Positions 62,134 to 64,000 of a stretch of DNA of 64,000 bases are shown one piece after another. Origin of the DNA: an uncultured Bacteriovoracaceae bacterium (GTDB taxonomy: Bacteria; Bdellovibrionota; Bacteriovoracia; Bacteriovoracales; Bacteriovoracaceae). The stretch is taken from positions 96,001-160,000 of the forward strand of contig CAXGUD010000001.1 of the NCBI GenBank assembly GCA_964012805.1, read 5' to 3'. Numbering within the stretch: position 1 is the first letter of the stretch; each line of letters opens with the position of its first letter. The notes below the pieces were generated by a model that worked only from the letters and a program-made list of their open reading frames with translations, was not told where the DNA came from and did no database searches. The position numbers were made by a program, and so were the translations under genes.

Positions 62134-63015
62134 TCATTTTTGAAAGAGCAAAATATTCATTCCAAAAATAAAGAAGCAAAAAGAGATAAGTAGATACTTT
62201 GAAGGCCACCTTTTTTCTATAAGGCACTCGAAAAAAGCTGCAAAAATTGTTCCCGTTATTGCAAGTCCAGAAAGTGTCGCTAAATGCCCTGTTTGAAGGG
62301 CCTTCAAGTAAAGGGCCAAAGATAAAAAAGTTCCTATTAAACTGCCAAAGAGGGCCAATCCTTTTAACTTAGAAGACAAAATAGAAAAGTTTTTGTACAA
62401 GTCCAAGGGCCTCCATCTAGAAAAAAGAAAAAAAGCGAAAAGAGCCCCTAGACAACGGTAAAAATTGCCTTCCATAGAGGTTAATGCCTTTTGAGAATCG
62501 AAGGCAAGCCTTGTTAATATTATACCCCCAGCATCTAGAAACATCCCAAAAAAGGCCATCACAAGACCCATAAACTGCCAGCTTCCTTTCTTTTTAAATG
62601 ACTCTAAAGAAAAGGTTCCGACACAAAGAATAAAGAAAAAAATAGCGTTTAATTTTTGGAAATCCATTGTTTGAGAAAAAATAACAGAACCAAAAAAACC
62701 AAGAATAAGAGGTTGAAAGCCAAAAAGGATCAGGGTCCTTCCTGGACCTAATTTTGAAAACGCTTTTAAGAGAAAAACATCTCCTATCGCCAAGCCTAAA
62801 AAACCTGAGAGGAAGAGAAGGCAACCGGAGTATAACTCCGCTCCTACCCAGCTCTTTGTGAAAAAAAGATAAGCTCCGAAAGCAAAAAGCGCTATCAAAG
62901 CCTTGAAACAGTTCATCCATGTCGCTGATATGACCCTACTGAAATAAGTAAAAACTTGAGAGGCAACGGCGAAACAAAGGTTGGCCCCTAAAGCAAGATA
63001 AATGACATCTCTCAA
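62134..63015 (-). CDS. DMT/EamA family transporter
   Basis: Ten TMs; LSGFLGLAIGD..LL.AF..LGP; SD GGAGGGAG. Confidence 0.88.
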   Translation of the reverse strand: MRDVIYLALGANLCFAVASQVFTYFSRVISATWMNCFKALIALFAFGAYLFFTKSWVGAELYSGCLLFLSGFLGLAIGDVFLLKAFSKLGPGRTLILFGFQPLILGFFGSVIFSQTMDFQKLNAIFFFILCVGTFSLESFKKKGSWQFMGLVMAFFGMFLDAGGIILTRLAFDSQKALTSMEGNFYRCLGALFAFFLFSRWRPLDLYKNFSILSSKLKGLALFGSLIGTFLSLALYLKALQTGHLATLSGLAITGTIFAAFFECLIEKRWPSKYLLISFCFFIFGMNILLFQK

Positions 63016-63185
63016 ACCTCTCCCTCCAAGAAAGTCCTAGGACCTTAATGCCCATGGATCTGTCCTCATATACAAACAAATTTTATTGCCTCAGCCCTAA
63101 AATAATAACAAAACCACTCTACAAACATGGACGGGAATCAAGAGGCCTGATATACAGGAACGGATTATAAATTTAGGAGAAAAAT

Positions 63186-64000
63186 GTGAATAATTCAACA
63201 CTTAAGCGCTGTACCTTCGCTATTATTTCCCACCCTGATGCTGGTAAAACCACTATGACTGAAAAACTTCTGTGGTTTGGCCGGGTCATTAGAAAAACAG
63301 GGATGGTTAAATCAAAGCATGGGAACTTTGCAAAGTCAGACTGGATGGAAATTGAAAAGGAAAGAGGAATTTCTATCTCAAGTTCTGTAATGTCCTTTCC
63401 CTATGGTGAAAGGGCCATGCACCTCCTAGATACTCCAGGCCACAAAGACTTTTCTGAAGATACATACAGAACACTAACTGCAGTAGAATCAGTCCTTATG
63501 ATGATTGATTCAGCAAAAGGTGTTGAAGAGCAGACTATCAAACTTATGGAAGTCAGTCGAATGAGAGACACTCCTATTGTCACTTTTATGAATAAGTTTG
63601 ACCGTGATACGATGGACCCTTTTGAGCTGATTGATAACCTGGAAAGCATTCTAAGCATTCAATGCGTTCCAATGACCTGGCCTATTGGTTCGGGAGTTTC
63701 TTTTAAAGGAGTTTACGACCTAAGAGATAAAAAAATTAGAGTTTTTAAAGAAGATCAGGACCCTGAGTCTCCCTATATTATTGATGCGGAAGACTTAAGC
63801 TCTGAAGAGGTTGTCAATTATATTGGAGAGGAATTAAGAGACAAACTTGAAGCTGACATTGAAATGGTGCAAGAGCTGATTCCTCCTCTGGACCCAGAGG
63901 AATTTTTAGCAGGTATCCAAACCCCAGTCTTTTTTGGCTCAGCACTTAATAACTTTGGGGTTAAAGAGACCCTCGATATTATTTCTGAGCTAGGCCCTGG
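63186..64000 (+). CDS. prfC: Peptide chain release factor 3, runs off the window end (absent from the ORF track)
   Basis: GTG start with SD AGGAG; TFAIISHPDAGKTT, SDWMEIEKERGIS, LLDTPGHKDFSEDTYR, NKFDR, PVFFGSAL. Confidence 0.97.
   Translation, partial: MNNSTLKRCTFAIISHPDAGKTTMTEKLLWFGRVIRKTGMVKSKHGNFAKSDWMEIEKERGISISSSVMSFPYGERAMHLLDTPGHKDFSEDTYRTLTAVESVLMMIDSAKGVEEQTIKLMEVSRMRDTPIVTFMNKFDRDTMDPFELIDNLESILSIQCVPMTWPIGSGVSFKGVYDLRDKKIRVFKEDQDPESPYIIDAEDLSSEEVVNYIGEELRDKLEADIEMVQELIPPLDPEEFLAGIQTPVFFGSALNNFGVKETLDIISELGP

Noticed and set aside
63401..63658. 85-aa minus-strand ORF
   Set aside because: Antisense to prfC

Overview
AT-rich bacterial chromosomal window with no rRNA, tRNA, CRISPR array, integrase or transposase that I can detect. 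The gene content includes many secreted hydrolases and lipoproteins, Hpt-HATPase CheA-like and 7TMR-DISM kinases, degenerate HD-GYP, monomeric Icd, tilS-ftsH-folP, topA, tldD/E, ctaA and prfC. This suggests a Bdellovibrionota (Bacteriovoracia/Halobacteriovorax-like) predator, but the taxon is an inference. The window opens at the end of an aryl-polyene-type KS-ACP cluster. The most unusual observations are: (1) a PuuD-family membrane domain fused to a MauL-like cupredoxin with a type-1 copper motif instead of cytochrome c, divergent from alkB and with no purine catabolism genes nearby; (2) an unannotated minus-strand unit at about 60.5-61.0 kb, with a sigma70-like promoter flanked by inverted repeats, a ~150 nt rod-like RNA leader, a 59-aa SH3-like ORF and a terminator; (3) a divergent pair of 7TMR-DISM sensors, one a probable pseudokinase and one a kinase-REC-adenylate cyclase, next to a stand-alone cNMP-binding protein; (4) an unannotated RHH-like small ORF behind a sigma28-like promoter; (5) an orphan FliG N-domain gene; (6) a perfect 21-bp palindrome at the end of tldE. 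All family calls come from motifs read by eye; no searches were run.
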